DNA from: Marsupella aquatica
Taxonomy: Eukaryota; Plantae; Marchantiophyta
Direction of reading: 5' to 3'
Assembly (NCBI GenBank): GCA_973895155.1
Contig: OZ316893.1
Span: 25,037,520 to 25,101,519 of the forward strand
DNA length: 64,000 nucleotides
A program made the position numbers and the translations under genes. Numbering within the stretch: position 1 is the first letter of the stretch; each line of letters begins with the position of its first letter. Under the pieces are notes generated by a model. The model was not told the origin of the DNA, ran no database searches, and worked only from the letters and a program-made list of their open reading frames with translations. Of the stretch, positions 13,060 through 25,504 are shown one piece after another.

Positions 13060-13745
13060 TATGGAATCTATTACAATTGAAGTCAAATTTTGGGAAATGT
13101 GGTCCATCGGATTTTCATAGACCAACGTCGTGGTCCATGTTAGCGCTGCTAATTGGAATGGATGAACCAAAATTAGAATGCAAAAATTGAATAAATCAAA
13201 ATCAAAATTTGGCAATCTATCATTTAATAACTAATATGAATTAAAATACCTTGTTTTGATTATTAGCATTACAATTTCTAAATGGGCTTAAATAAAAGGA
13301 CATACTTTGAATGGATTAAATGAGAAAGATACTTTGATATGTGTAGAAACAAATAATCCAATTAGTAAACCAAATGCAATTTCTGATATTTTTAATTCTT
13401 CTTTGTTTTCAAAGTAACTTGAAATTTTGTAAAACTTATTTATTTAGAATGCAAGTAATTAAATACAGATGCAAAAAACAAATACAGAGTGAATTGAATA
13501 GTTAAATAGTTGAAACACAGCTATTTTTGAAATCATAAATAAATAACAAATTTTAATTTAAAAAAATGTATGGATACTTCATCTAAATATTGATTTTTTT
13601 ATACCAAGAAAAATTTTAAAAATTATTTTAAGAGATAAATCTAGTTCTTTTGATAAATAGTAATTTCACAGATCTATTTACCAAACTTACCTAAACAAGG
13701 TCCTTTTTCAGCAATCAGAAAAATAAGATTATATATAATTTAATT
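13060..13745. other. Very AT-rich island of unknown origin
   Basis: Abrupt drop in GC relative to the flanks, with no intact ORF. Confidence 0.4.
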
Positions 13746-14458
13746 AAGGTCTCCTTAAAGGCGTGCCAAAGCTGTATGTAAAGGCTGATGTGAAGGGACA
13801 CCTACGAATCTGTACAAGAATTGCACAGGCACCAGCACCAGGAGGTGCTAGCATGATGCTCAAGCATACCCATTGGACGCTTTCTAGGCACAGGGATTGA
13901 TCATAACCCATGAATAAATGAACATCCATAGTCATTGATCCAATCATTGCGACCTTTGAACAAACAGCCATACTCAATCCAAACATTGTGATCTTTGACC
14001 GGATTGAAGATGGTTACTCTTAGCTATTTGCATCTCATGAGCCAATTGTGATGCCTCTCAGTCCTGACTCATGATAATAAAAGGTGATGTTTAGCAGTGT
14101 TTCTGTGCTCACGTTTGAGAAGATTGCAATGCACAAGAAGGCCTTCAAGAGTTTAGTCCCACACCTTTTTTGCAACGCTACTAAGATATGTACAAGTAAA
14201 GGTCACCAATCTTGTGTTTTTGGAGTCCCTTTGTGACGGCCTTGTTGTACAACTTCACTTCATTGAGTACACTAAGGGAACGGTCCAACTACAATCATGC
14301 GAGTGTCCATCAATTTATCAAACCGCGTTGAGTTCTTCCAACAATTCGGTTAGCCCATGAGCTGCTAATCATTGAAGAATTTATTTCTTGGAGAGCTTTT
14401 TATATACAAGAGAGATAACCATATTTGGTTTCTTGTTATCAGCAACACCCGATGAATA

Positions 14459-14674
14459 AACTAACTGGCTTTGGTCAGTTGGCCAGAGGATGAGCCTAGA
14501 ACCGAGAGGTCCCAGGTTCAATCCTCCCTCCACACATAAGGGGTGTGGAGGGTATGTCCTTGTCGGATCCCTGGGTATTGTCCCCTTGTGGCTGCCCTAC
14601 ATAGAAATGCATGCTCCAAAGCAAGATGTCTATCCTCTGTTGGATGGGCCTGCTTTCGGTTTTCAAGGCAAAAA
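14459..14674 (+). mobile_element. tRNA-derived SINE with 15-bp TSD
   Basis: A-box-like TGGTCAGTTGG and B-box GGTTCAATCC at tRNA spacing, with a short A tail. Exact TSD AACACCCGATGAATA at 14444-14458 and 14675-14689. Confidence 0.85.
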
Positions 14675-15099
14675 AACACCCGATGAATATTTGTGTCATC
14701 ATAAAGAAATATTTTGAGCACTTTCGAAAGCTTGGAGAAAGCTAGGGAGAACATATATTTTGGTGTCCCAAAAATACTCATAGAATTGCAGCACGCCTAG
14801 GTGTACATCATGCCAAATCTATTTGCAAAGTATTCAACAGTTACCAACATCCAATAAAAATCTGCAATCTGCATCATCATGAATAACAGCTATCATCTTT
14901 ATTCAAAAATTTGACAACTTACTACCTCCTCCGATGCCAATAGAACACCATAGAATACTACTACAAGTGGGTCTAGAAAGTGGCCAAATTTGTGGATTAA
15001 TGAACACAAACCAGGAAAAATAAACTGCAAAGAATGGAACAATCTCTATCAATGTGTGTGATATCTATGACTTGAAACAAAGTCTGAGTGGATCACAAG

Positions 15100-18000
15100 C
15101 AGATAATATCATTAAAACTAAGCTCTGTAATGATATACCAATGGGACATATCACTGGAAACAAAAGTGACTCATAGATTATGAGCCACAAATAAAGTTTG
15201 TAGTGGATCAGAAGTGGGACATATCACTGAAACCAATTTTGTACTGAGACACCGGTCGGACGCATCACTAAAACTAGAATGACTTATCAATCAGACTTAT
15301 CACTGAAAACAAACTTTGCCAGAGATCAGGAGATAGCACTTGCATTAACTGCTTGTCAACTCAGGATGGCATATTAGCATGAACAACACCCATCATCTTT
15401 TCTTCCAATTTGAGAGCTCTACAGTTGAAAGCCTCTTGACATGAGAGTGATTATGTTGGTTATTTCACTCACTGACTACACTGGGGCAACAATGTCAGTA
15501 TGACATGGGGCATCTTCAAGTGGATCCTTGATTCAATTCAATACATGATTATTCAATTCATTTGCAAAAATCTGCAAGGAGCATTTCTCCATGTGGTGTT
15601 TCTGAGAAACTTAGATCCTATTCTGTGAGGGGCCATCAAATCTGGATTTGAACATCTCTCAGTGTGATGATGGTGACCCTGAAATGGGATATATCACTAA
15701 CAATAACCTTACTGCTGAGACACCAGTGGGATGCATCACTAAAACTAGAATGACTTATGAATCAGACTTATCATTGGAAACAAATTTTTCCAAATATCAC
15801 GAGTATGACATAGCACTTGGATTAACTGCTTGTCAACTCAGGATGGCATATTAGCATGAACAACACCCATCATCTTTTCTTCCAATTTGAGAGCTCTACA
15901 GTTGAAAGCCTTTTAACATGAGAGTGATTATATTGATTATTTCACTCACTGACTATACTGGGGCAACAATGTCAGTATGACATGGGGCATCTTCAACTGG
16001 ATCCTTGATTCAATTCAATACATGATTATTCGATTTATTTGCAAAAATCTGCAAGGAGCATTTCTCCATGTGGTGTTTCTGAGAAACTTAGATCCTATTC
16101 TGTGAGGGGCCATCAAATCTGGATTTGAACATCTCTCATTGTGATGATGGTGACACTGAAATGGGATATATCACTGAAAATAACCTTACTGCTGAGACAC
16201 CAGTGGGACGCATCACTAAAACTAGAATGACTTATGAATGAGACTTATCACTGGAAACAACCTTTTCCAAATATCAGGAGTATGACATAGCACTTGGATT
16301 AACTGCTTGTCAACTCAGGATGGCATATTGGCATGAACAACACCCATCATCTTTTCTTCCAATTTGAGAGCTCTACAGTTGAAAGCTTTTTGACATGAGA
16401 GTGATTATATTGATTATTTCACTCACTGACTACACTGGGGCAACAACTTCAGGACGAGATGGGGCATCTTCAACTGGATCCTTGCTTCAATTTGATACAT
16501 GATTATTGAATTCATTTGCAAAAATCTGCAAGGAGCATTTCTCCATGTGGTGTTTCTGAGAGACTTAGATCCTATTCTGTTAGGGGCCATCAAATCTGGA
16601 ATTGAACATCTTTCAGTGTGATGATGGCGACCCTGAACTACAAACAACCTTTGTACTGAGACACCAGTGGGACGCATCACAAGTTAGAGTATGCTTTATG
16701 AGTGGGACTTATCACTAATTATTATTTTTGCCAAAAATCAAAAGTATGACATAGCACTTAGATTAATTGATTGTCAACCTCTTAATTTTAATTTTTGTTA
16801 TCTCTTAGATTGTCCAATGACTTTAATTTCTACCACTTCTCATATGAGAGAGAAATGATTCTGAATACATTGAACACATAGTGTATTAAGTTCCCCTCAT
16901 GGCTTTTTTTCCTAAGTTTATGGTTTTTATTGAATTGAGTGTCATTAATAAGGCACATTGAGTTAATAAGTGAACACATCCTAGCACCTTTGTGTCACAG
17001 CACTTGACTGCATTGTACTTTTCATTGGTCATTACCTTTGTGTCATAGAACTTGACTGAACTTTTCATTTGTCACTCACTATATGAGTTTTTTTGCATAT
17101 CCTCTATTTATATTATTTTATCCACTTACATATCACTACAAGACAAAATATCAAGCTTGTTCCAGGATGAGCATGCTATAATGGTCATGCAATTCATTTG
17201 CAGAAATCTATTTAATACATTTCTCCATGTGGTGTTTTACAAAATGTAAGGTTCCATTTTGTTAAACGCCATCAACTCTACAATTGAACATGTCTAAGTC
17301 TAACAAGAGTGGGATATATTATTGGAAACAAACTTTGTACTGAGACACCAATGGGATGCATCACAAGACATGGTAGCTTTTGAGTAAGATTTATCACTGA
17401 AAATAAAGTTTGCTTTAGACCAGGAGTATGACATAGCACTCGGATTAATTGCTTGCCAACTCAGGATAGCATATTAGTATGAACCACACCCATCATCTTT
17501 AATTCTTCCAATTTGAGAGCTCTATTGTTGAATGCTTTTTCCTTTAAATATTGTTGAATGCTTTTTGATATAAGAGTGATCATATCTGTTATTTCACTCA
17601 CTGACTATACAAACAAGCTTAGAGTGAGATGAAACATTTTTAATTGGATACATGGTTATTCAATTTATTTACAAAACTCTACTAGGATCATTTGTCCACG
17701 TCCTGTTTCCAAGAAACATAAGGTCCAATTCTGTTAGCTAGGGACCTCATTAATTAGGGACCATCAACTCTGACTACAAGAGAATATTTATCAGTCTAAG
17801 GATGGTGGCCCTGAAGTGGGACATATCACTGGAAATAAACTTTGTACTGAGACACCAGTTTGACATATCTCCCCACATATCACTAGAAGCAAAATGACTC
17901 ATAGATCATGAGTTGGGACTTAACACTTGCAACAAGGTCTGTCATAGATCAGGAGTAGGACATAGTACTTGGATTAATTGCTTGCCCACTCAAGATGGCA

Positions 18001-18290
18001 TATTAGTATGAACAACTTCTACCAATTTGAGAGCTCCATTGTTGAATGCTTTTTGACAATAGGAGCAATCATATTTGTTATTTCCCTCACTGACTTAGAA
18101 TGAGATGGAGCATCTCCAGCTGGATCCTTACTTCGATTGGATACATAATTATTGAATTCATTTGCAAAAATCTACTAGAAGCATTTCTCTATGTGATGTT
18201 TCTGAGAAACGTAGAGGTCCCGTGTTGTTAGTGGCCATCAACTCCACAATTGAACATTTCTAAGTCCAAGGATGGTGATCCCTTTTTTGT
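15100..18290. repeat. ~477-bp tandem repeat array, about 6 copies, progressively degenerate
   Basis: Anchor CTGAGACACC recurs near 15244, 15715, 16192, 16657, 17340 and 17847. AACAACACCCATCATC occurs at 15382, 15859 and 16336 (period 477). The unit contains internal GGGAC/TATCACT sub-repeats. Confidence 0.92.
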
Positions 18291-19804
18291 CCCTAGTTTA
18301 AAAAAACAAAATTCTTTTTCTAATGCTGGGTGTTCTACTCAATGCCTTGCCATTAAATATCTAATTGGATTTTATAAACTGAAAGGCTCTTCTGTGGGCA
18401 ACATTGTAAAAGTTCACTAGAGAGTGCTTTCGCTGCAATTGTCAAAAACGCAAATGTATACGGTAATCAAAGTTCCACTCAAAGCTATTATAAACAACAC
18501 CCATCATCTTTATTCACAATTTGAGAATCCGAAACTCTTCCCTTTGCAAAGAGTTGAATTTCAATCAACTTGCTATTGACAGCACTACCATTGGGTGATT
18601 TTTTTATGCAAAATTATAAAATTCTTGTTAAGTTTGATTCAATGTTTGAGAGCTCCAAGATAATTTTATAAAATAATCACATCAGCACATAGAGTCCACC
18701 TCAAGAGTTGAGAGTTCCATGGTTTTAATGCAACCAATTCAAAAATTAAATTGAAATGAGGATGTGATATAGAACACACTTTTAAACCTTTAATTAGAAA
18801 GCTTCATGACATGCGGCCATCATTTTTAATCAGTTAAATTAGCTGTGCTTTGGATGCCAGCTTCCATTCTTATCATTTTTTTAATACTTTGTATTTGTGC
18901 CCAGACCACTTTTGTCGCTTCTAAATTATCTAAGAAACACTAAAGAGATCTGACTGACGAAACAGCTTGGTACTACTTGGCTGAACTTTTGTTCACTATT
19001 GTGATAGGGGCCAAAGATGACCGGACTTATATATTACCAGAAAATTTAATGTCAGAATAACATGAACTCTAGACAATAGTTCAGCTTACTGTGACCACAT
19101 AACTTTAGTCACAGCAGAAGCAAGGGCCTAGAGTATATTTAGGGGTGTTAAGGGTTTAGGAGCACCCAGTAAGTGATTGCCCCTACATGTTTATGGCTTT
19201 AATGGCAAGAATTTGGTCTTTTGTTTCACAAAACATGTTATTAATTAGTTTTATTCCCTCAGTAGTCACTAGAAGGGAACCTCCCTCACTTAGGGGGGGG
19301 GGGGGTTAGTGAGATCAGTCGCAGGATTTTAAGTTATTGGGTGCACATTATGGCCCCCGCCCTTGCTTCACACATTTGTGGCTGCTGGGAGGACCTAACT
19401 GGCAACAGAAGCCACTAAGTACATTTCAGGAGTGTCACATTGGGTTTTCTATGTAGGGGTTCCATGGGCAAAAAAATCTGAAAGTGGAGGTCTGACACTA
19501 TCACACCCAGTGACGGAACCCGGGTTCCATTGCGGACCCAAGTTCCACTACGGTCTAGAGTGGAGCCTTAGAGCAGGACTCTGAGATCGTAACTGTTGGG
19601 GGTCTGGGTGGTAAAATAACGGGGATTGGAGACAGGCCAAGTCAGTGTGTGAGGAGTCACCGGAAACCAATTGAAAGCACATTGGTGAAGAGGGAAATGG
19701 GTTTGATGTCCTCACCTTTATTTACATTGAAATAATGGGAAGTCAGGCTAGTAAATAATTATGCCTCTGCGGTACACAATGTCCAGTCACCCCTATTGAC
19801 CAAA

Positions 19805-20300
19805 AAAGCTTTTTACTAACCTGTACCCCAAACTACCCCAGACGTGCCCCCAAAACAAAACAATTTATCAACCTGCCCCATTTTGTATCCGCCTGGGTGA
19901 GTATTAACTCATATACAGGTTCCCTTTGCCATGTGGTGAGTCACTACTGGCTAGCCTTAACCTGCTCCCCCCCCCCCCTTCTCCTTCAATCCCCAGTGCA
20001 TTCTCTCCAGTAAAAATGAGGCTTGAAAGTGTCGAGTTTTTGTGAGGGGAGTGTGAAGCAAAATATGACACGTTTTCGCCCTACCACAATCTGTGACTGT
20101 GCTCCGCAATGGGGAAGGGGAAGGAAGGCCGAGGGGGGCCAACGCTAGCCAGTGGAAACTTGCCACATGGCAACAGGAACCAGTATTGGATTTGATACTA
20201 ACCCAAATACTAAATGGGGGGCAGATTGATAAATTCATTTGTTTTGGGGGCAAGTTTATAATTTCGGATAGTTTTGGGGATATGTTAGTAAATAGCTCTT
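19805..20300. mobile_element. MITE with ~170-bp imperfect TIRs
   Basis: 19805-19975 is the reverse complement of ~20130-20300 (CCCCAAAACAAA..AATTTATCAA.CTGCCCC; TTGCCATGTGG; ACTGGCTAGC). Confidence 0.75.
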
Positions 20301-20351
20301 GACCACAAACTCTCCCAGGAGCCCTCATGTACGTCTGTACAATTCAACTAA

Positions 20352-20482
20352 ACTCCTACGAATCTGTATGACAATTGGAACTCCTACGAATCTGTATGAG
20401 AATTGGATGGACACCAGGATCTGTATGAGAATTGGAAGGACACCAGAATCTGTATGAGAATTGGAAGGACACCAGAATTGGA
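20352..20482. repeat. 28-29 bp minisatellite, about 4.5 copies
   Basis: GAATCTGTATGAGAATTGGAAGGACACCA-like units, directly head to tail. Confidence 0.85.
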
Positions 20483-22260
20483 GCAGAACGATGCAGCACC
20501 TTGATTGGACGCTCTTGGGGCACCAGATCGACCTTCACCATGACCCACAAATTGAAAGGTCGTGACGTTTCACCCGATTGCTGATCGATCCAGAGCTGCG
20601 TACCGTCGTAACCCAATTGCTGATCGATCCAGCTTAGCGTCGTCTCACGAAGCCGTGGTGCTTGCCACTCGTTATAAATCGATCAACGATAGCTCCCCTT
20701 TGAATAGATTTCTGTGTGTACATTTCTCTAAACTTCTGAAAGCAATCATGCCTTCTCTAGGTCTGTAAGAATGCAGGTCTGGTGCTGCTCGTGGATTGTT
20801 ATCGATTTGATTCAAAGTTTGAGGTCAGCATTATAGAACTACAATTTGTCTTGAAGCGAAGGAGGGCCATCTTTGCTTCTCTGTGGCAGACCCATCCAAT
20901 TCATGCCACCGGTACACGAAAGAAGCGCCCAACTCAATGTGGCGTGAATGGGTAATTTCAACCTCACAAATCAACAAGAACCATCATCTTTATCGACGAT
21001 TTGACATCTCCGGTCATGGACACCACTGTTGTCTTCGACTTGCATAACAGGAGTACCGTCACTTCGACCATCCTTAAGTTGTAACTCGGAGCTGCATAAC
21101 AGGGCGAGCTCCATCAAACTGTCTAGCTTTGAGCTGCATGTCTGGGCGTAACGTACGCTATACCGCAAATCACAGTCAAATCACAGTTTGAGATCTCGAT
21201 TCTTGAACGCTGTCCAGTTAAGAGCGTGACCGGAAAAGAGATGAGGTCAATCTTGCTAACAGCGACAGAGATCATCTCCATTCAAGATTTGGAAACTATA
21301 TTCGTGAGTGCTCTCACTGCATCTTATAATCGGACTTGAACTGCATCGAGACTTGAACGAGATCTCGATTCTTGAACGCTGTCCAGTTAAGAGCGTGACC
21401 GGAAAGGAGATGAGGTCAATCTTGCTAACAACGACAGAGATCATCTCCATTCAAGATTTGGAAACTACATTCGTCAGTGCTCTCACTGTAACAGGAGAAT
21501 CGGACTTGAACTGCATCGAGACTTGAACTCGATCTTAGTATCAACAACACCCATCAGCTTTATTCCCAATCAGGGAACTCCCTTCTTCGATGCCATCGCT
21601 GCAAAACCTCTCAGTATAAAGGCACCATCTCGGAGATGCATTCAATTGCATCTAGAGTTCAATTGAGCCTTAGCATGAACGACACTCATCATCTTTATTC
21701 TAAATTTCAGATCATTCTTGAATGGTACTTCAATGCCATTGCTGCATTTAGCACATGCAATCAGTGTGCAATATCTAGAGTTCTATTCAGCCTTAGAATC
21801 GACAACAAATGTCATCTTGAGAAAAAATAAATTTGAAGGTCATTTTTGAAATGTACTCAATGCCATCTCTGCAATTGGTACAGAGTACTTGTGCAATGTT
21901 CATGTAGAGTTCAATTCAGCCTTAGTATCTGAATAAAATTGAGATCATCCTTGATGTCACCAATGTTACCACTCCAAGATATAATAACGAAATATCAGTC
22001 AGTCCAGTTTCCGGCCTTTATTTAAGCAACTTGGTTTGGCACACCCTGAATCGATCGTTACTTGTGAATTGAAGAAGCCGAAGTCTAAATTCTTGAATGT
22101 CACCCGATCGAAATAAGATTCGCTCGCAGTCCGCATTGCATCCAGAGTTTAGTTCGAAGCTTGAAACTCCATCTCAATTTATCATGGAACTCTAAGATAA
22201 TTGTAAAATTAGGATTGGCATCGATCTAGAGTTTAACAAAGTATTTGCGAGTTTCATTTT
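20450..22260 (+). repeat. Paralogous non-coding block A (related to 23880-24990 and to the 477-bp array)
   Basis: Shares colinear segments with block B: CTGATCGATCCA, TGCCA.TC.T.ATAAAT, GTCTGGT.CTGCTCGT, ATCGATTTGATTCAA.GTTTGAG, GCCCAACTCAATGTGGCGT, GAACTCGATCTTAGTATCAA. Confidence 0.75.
21190..21528. repeat. 170-bp tandem duplication
   Basis: GAGATCTCGATTCTTGAACGCTGTCCAG... occurs at 21190 and 21360, nearly identical. Confidence 0.9.
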
Positions 22261-22289
22261 CAATGCAAGCACTTCCGAGTTGGGAAAAC

Positions 22290-22650
22290 ATGGACAAAGA
22301 GTTACCCAATAAAGGGGAGAAAACATGAGAAGAGCCCCAGACGATGAAAGAGCCAAATTTGGAGAGAGATACCAAAGACAAGAGACGCAGTAAAGGATGG
22401 GAAAAGACCACTAAGATAAAAGAGCCAAATAAGTCCAAGAGTCCTAACAACAGCAAAGACAACTAAGACCCTACTCAATTGTAAACTAAAACACTACTGG
22501 GCAGTAAACGGACAAGTGTGGTAAAGAGCGTGGTAAAGCTCGAGGGAAAACTGCATAGGAGGGTGAACAACCTGGGCGGCATTTTGAAAAATTGTGAATA
22601 CCTGAGCCTATGTAGTGCAACAGACACATTGTATGAGGTCCTAACTGGGA
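22290..22650 (-). mobile_element. Degenerate 3' end of a CRE-like non-LTR retrotransposon
   Basis: Minus-strand VSVALHR/AQVFTIFQ (frameshifted) resembles ISVTLQRAQARAIYH of the 55.1-kb element, and is followed by a similar T-rich 3' UTR. Confidence 0.45.
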
Positions 22651-23879
22651 CTGTTGGACTTCATGTATGATGATGTCCTCTTTCACTTTTGGGGCTGTTT
22701 TCAATTAAAGCCGAAACGATCTGTTTGTCTGGTGATGAGTGCTCGTCTCAAAACAGCTCGTCAACAAAACCTGAGACCACTTTGCTCGATCGTTTATGCT
22801 TGACAGTCTGGAGGCATTAAAAACGAAGGGAGGACTCCCGAAAGTTGGCGGAGATTTATTTAGATACTAGGGCTGAATTGAACTCTAGTCACAACACCCA
22901 ATCTCTGCCCAGGTCTCAGCTGTAGACAAATAGGCAGGTGAGGCGCACAGACATTGTAGATAGGTACCAGAGATCTGCTAGTCTTGGTTACATGTTCCTA
23001 GGAATTTCATTGATGTGCACAGGGTTCCAACTGGATTCCTCCAGCTACTTCAGGAGCATGACCCTTGATGTCAAATGTATTCCTTTCAGATCTGACTAAT
23101 TTGATATTCACTGCCTCTCCTCGAACAATTATATGCCATCTGAATAAGCTCTGACTCCAGGGGTGTCCTCCTAAAGCTATGAACGCAAGCCTGGATCAAA
23201 TCACTGATTCAATCAAAAGTTGGGCGTGAGTCATGCTTGATTCGACTCAAGGAGCAGCATACCTACGAGAACCATGCACCGAATCGAATAGACTGAAGAT
23301 CGCGGCAACTTGAAAAAATTAAAGCGAAAGCCGAAAAGTAAACACCCATCTGATCTGAGAGGAATATATCTGCGGATAAGTTTGAACGACTCTGGACAGA
23401 GAACTCCCCAAATCTTGAGCTTACCTTTCGAGGCAAAAAATAGTCCTGAGCTGACCTCATACGGGACCTCATAGCAGCCAAAGAAATGATTTCTTTGGTA
23501 GCAAAGACTCGGTCATGGTGTGGGTCCCGGTCGAATAACTAGGCTCTCGACACGGGCAACTTACAACGTAGCTCAGCTTCTACTGTACTGTAGTTCTAGG
23601 TCAGTGATATGGACAACAAGTTTTACATATATATCCCGGACCCAAATTGCAACTAGCCAACAACACCGCCAGAGTTTGCACAGGCAAATGGCAAAAGTGT
23701 AGATTGGACAAGATCCTGTATTGTACAGATTCTGATGAGGTCAGATGGGACCTACGTTACAGTGCCGATCAGGCTCACTGATGACGCCAGATGTTACCGC
23801 TGCATCAGGCCCAATCTCGAACGGGCCCGGTTTGTACTAGGTGCGATTCAACTTACACAAGAGCACCGTGTCCGCCTCC

Positions 23880-24990
23880 GACGCACAATTTGGAAAGGCA
23901 CAATTTGGAAAGGCGCACCTGATGAAGCCTTGACTGCACGAAGAGCCATGACCCCAAAATCAAAAGGCAAAGTTTGACCGACCTGATCGATCCATAGCTA
24001 GTGTCGTCAATTGAAGAGTCGTGCCGCCTGCCAGTCATGATAAATAGAACAAGAGCTAACATCTGAAAGGATTTGCGCGAGATTTGAGAATGCCGCTGTA
24101 GAGAGCCTTGTCCCAGAGAACCTCGTAAATTTTCAAAGTTGTAAAAGCAACCAACCTTTTCTTCCGCAGTCATGTGCTTCAGTGATAAACCTTTCTGAGC
24201 TCCACAACTTCATAGCTCTGTTGACCATCATTGTAATACACTAAATGAAGAGCTATGTCTGTCTGGTCCTGCTCGTCCTATTATAACAGCACTCATCGAT
24301 TTGATTCAAGGTTTGAGAACAAATTCTGCACGTCGCGTAAAGCCATCTTTGCTTTATGTGCGGTGTGGACAGGAACACAGCACACATCCGATCATGCAAA
24401 GTTTTGAGGGCAAGAACGAAGTGCCCAACTCAATGTGGCGTCAATAGATCATTTCAATCACACCATCAATAAGAACAATCATCTTTATCGTAAATTTGAC
24501 ATAGCAGTTCAAGAATGACACTGCGTCCGCTGTACCTCAAATGAGGGTTTAAGATCCCGCCTTTTGAACGCTGTGTAATGGAAAACGAGTTGAGGTCAAT
24601 CTACAGCGATGAGGACAACTATCATCTATAATTCTCCACTCGTGAATGTCATCACTCCATTTCACCAGGCAGGATGGCATCTAGAATTGAACTCGATCTT
24701 AGTATCAATAACACCCCATCATCTTTGTTCAAAATTAGATAACGCACTTTTTGAATGACATCGCGGCAAAAAAATCCCAGTAGCATTCAGGGCGGAGATG
24801 CTGTCAAATTTTGTGTCAACACACCAATCATGTGTTGATCAAAATTCGGAAACTCCATTGTTCAATGCCATTTACAATGGGCCGTCTCTTTTGAAAGGCC
24901 CTCCATGGAGAAAGCCTCTAAACCAAAAAGCAAGTTCACTGTGTTGTTACTTGTGCATTGTTTCCAGGCAAAATGCAAATTCAATGAGAA
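23880..24990 (+). repeat. Paralogous non-coding block B
   Basis: Colinear diverged copy of block A (20450-21650). Confidence 0.72.
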
Positions 24991-25504
24991 ACAAATCTCC
25001 CTTCTGCTTGGCGTTCTAGGTGATCCACTGCTATTGAAAATCTGGCTGGCTCTTAAGATTGTATGTCTGTGGAAGGTACACATCCCACTTTTGAATCTCT
25101 CTAGGTCAATGTACACCATCAAAGCTTTGCTATGGTGGGAGAGAATACGAAAAGATTAAGGTAGTACGATAGTCAGCGGAGAGAATCTAGGAGAGCAATA
25201 TGCTTCCCTGTTCCCAACTTCCCTCCTTGCCTCCAAACTCCCAAAACTCCCTCTTCTATCGAGTAACCATGGGAGATCGCATTGATCAAGGGGACTCAAA
25301 TGAAACCCACGTAAGAGCTAGGACCATCCTCGTCATGAGATACGATATTCAGGATGTTGGACTACTCCTTGAATGCCATCAACCCATCTTCAAAGATCAG
25401 CTTAAATGCGGCTCGCTAAATAATTACAAATACCACAAAAGTTCTTGTAACGTGCAAGGCTTTCTAGTAGTACGACAATAATGTATCACACTACCAAGCT
25501 CACT

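Noticed and set aside
13060-13745. Plastid ycf2 insertion
   Set aside because: Only a vague compositional resemblance; I could not align any convincing motif.
15100-18290. CRISPR-like interpretation of the repeat arrays (also 20352-20482 and 59913-60163)
   Set aside because: Units are head-to-tail or have homologous spacers, no cas genes are present, and the context is eukaryotic.
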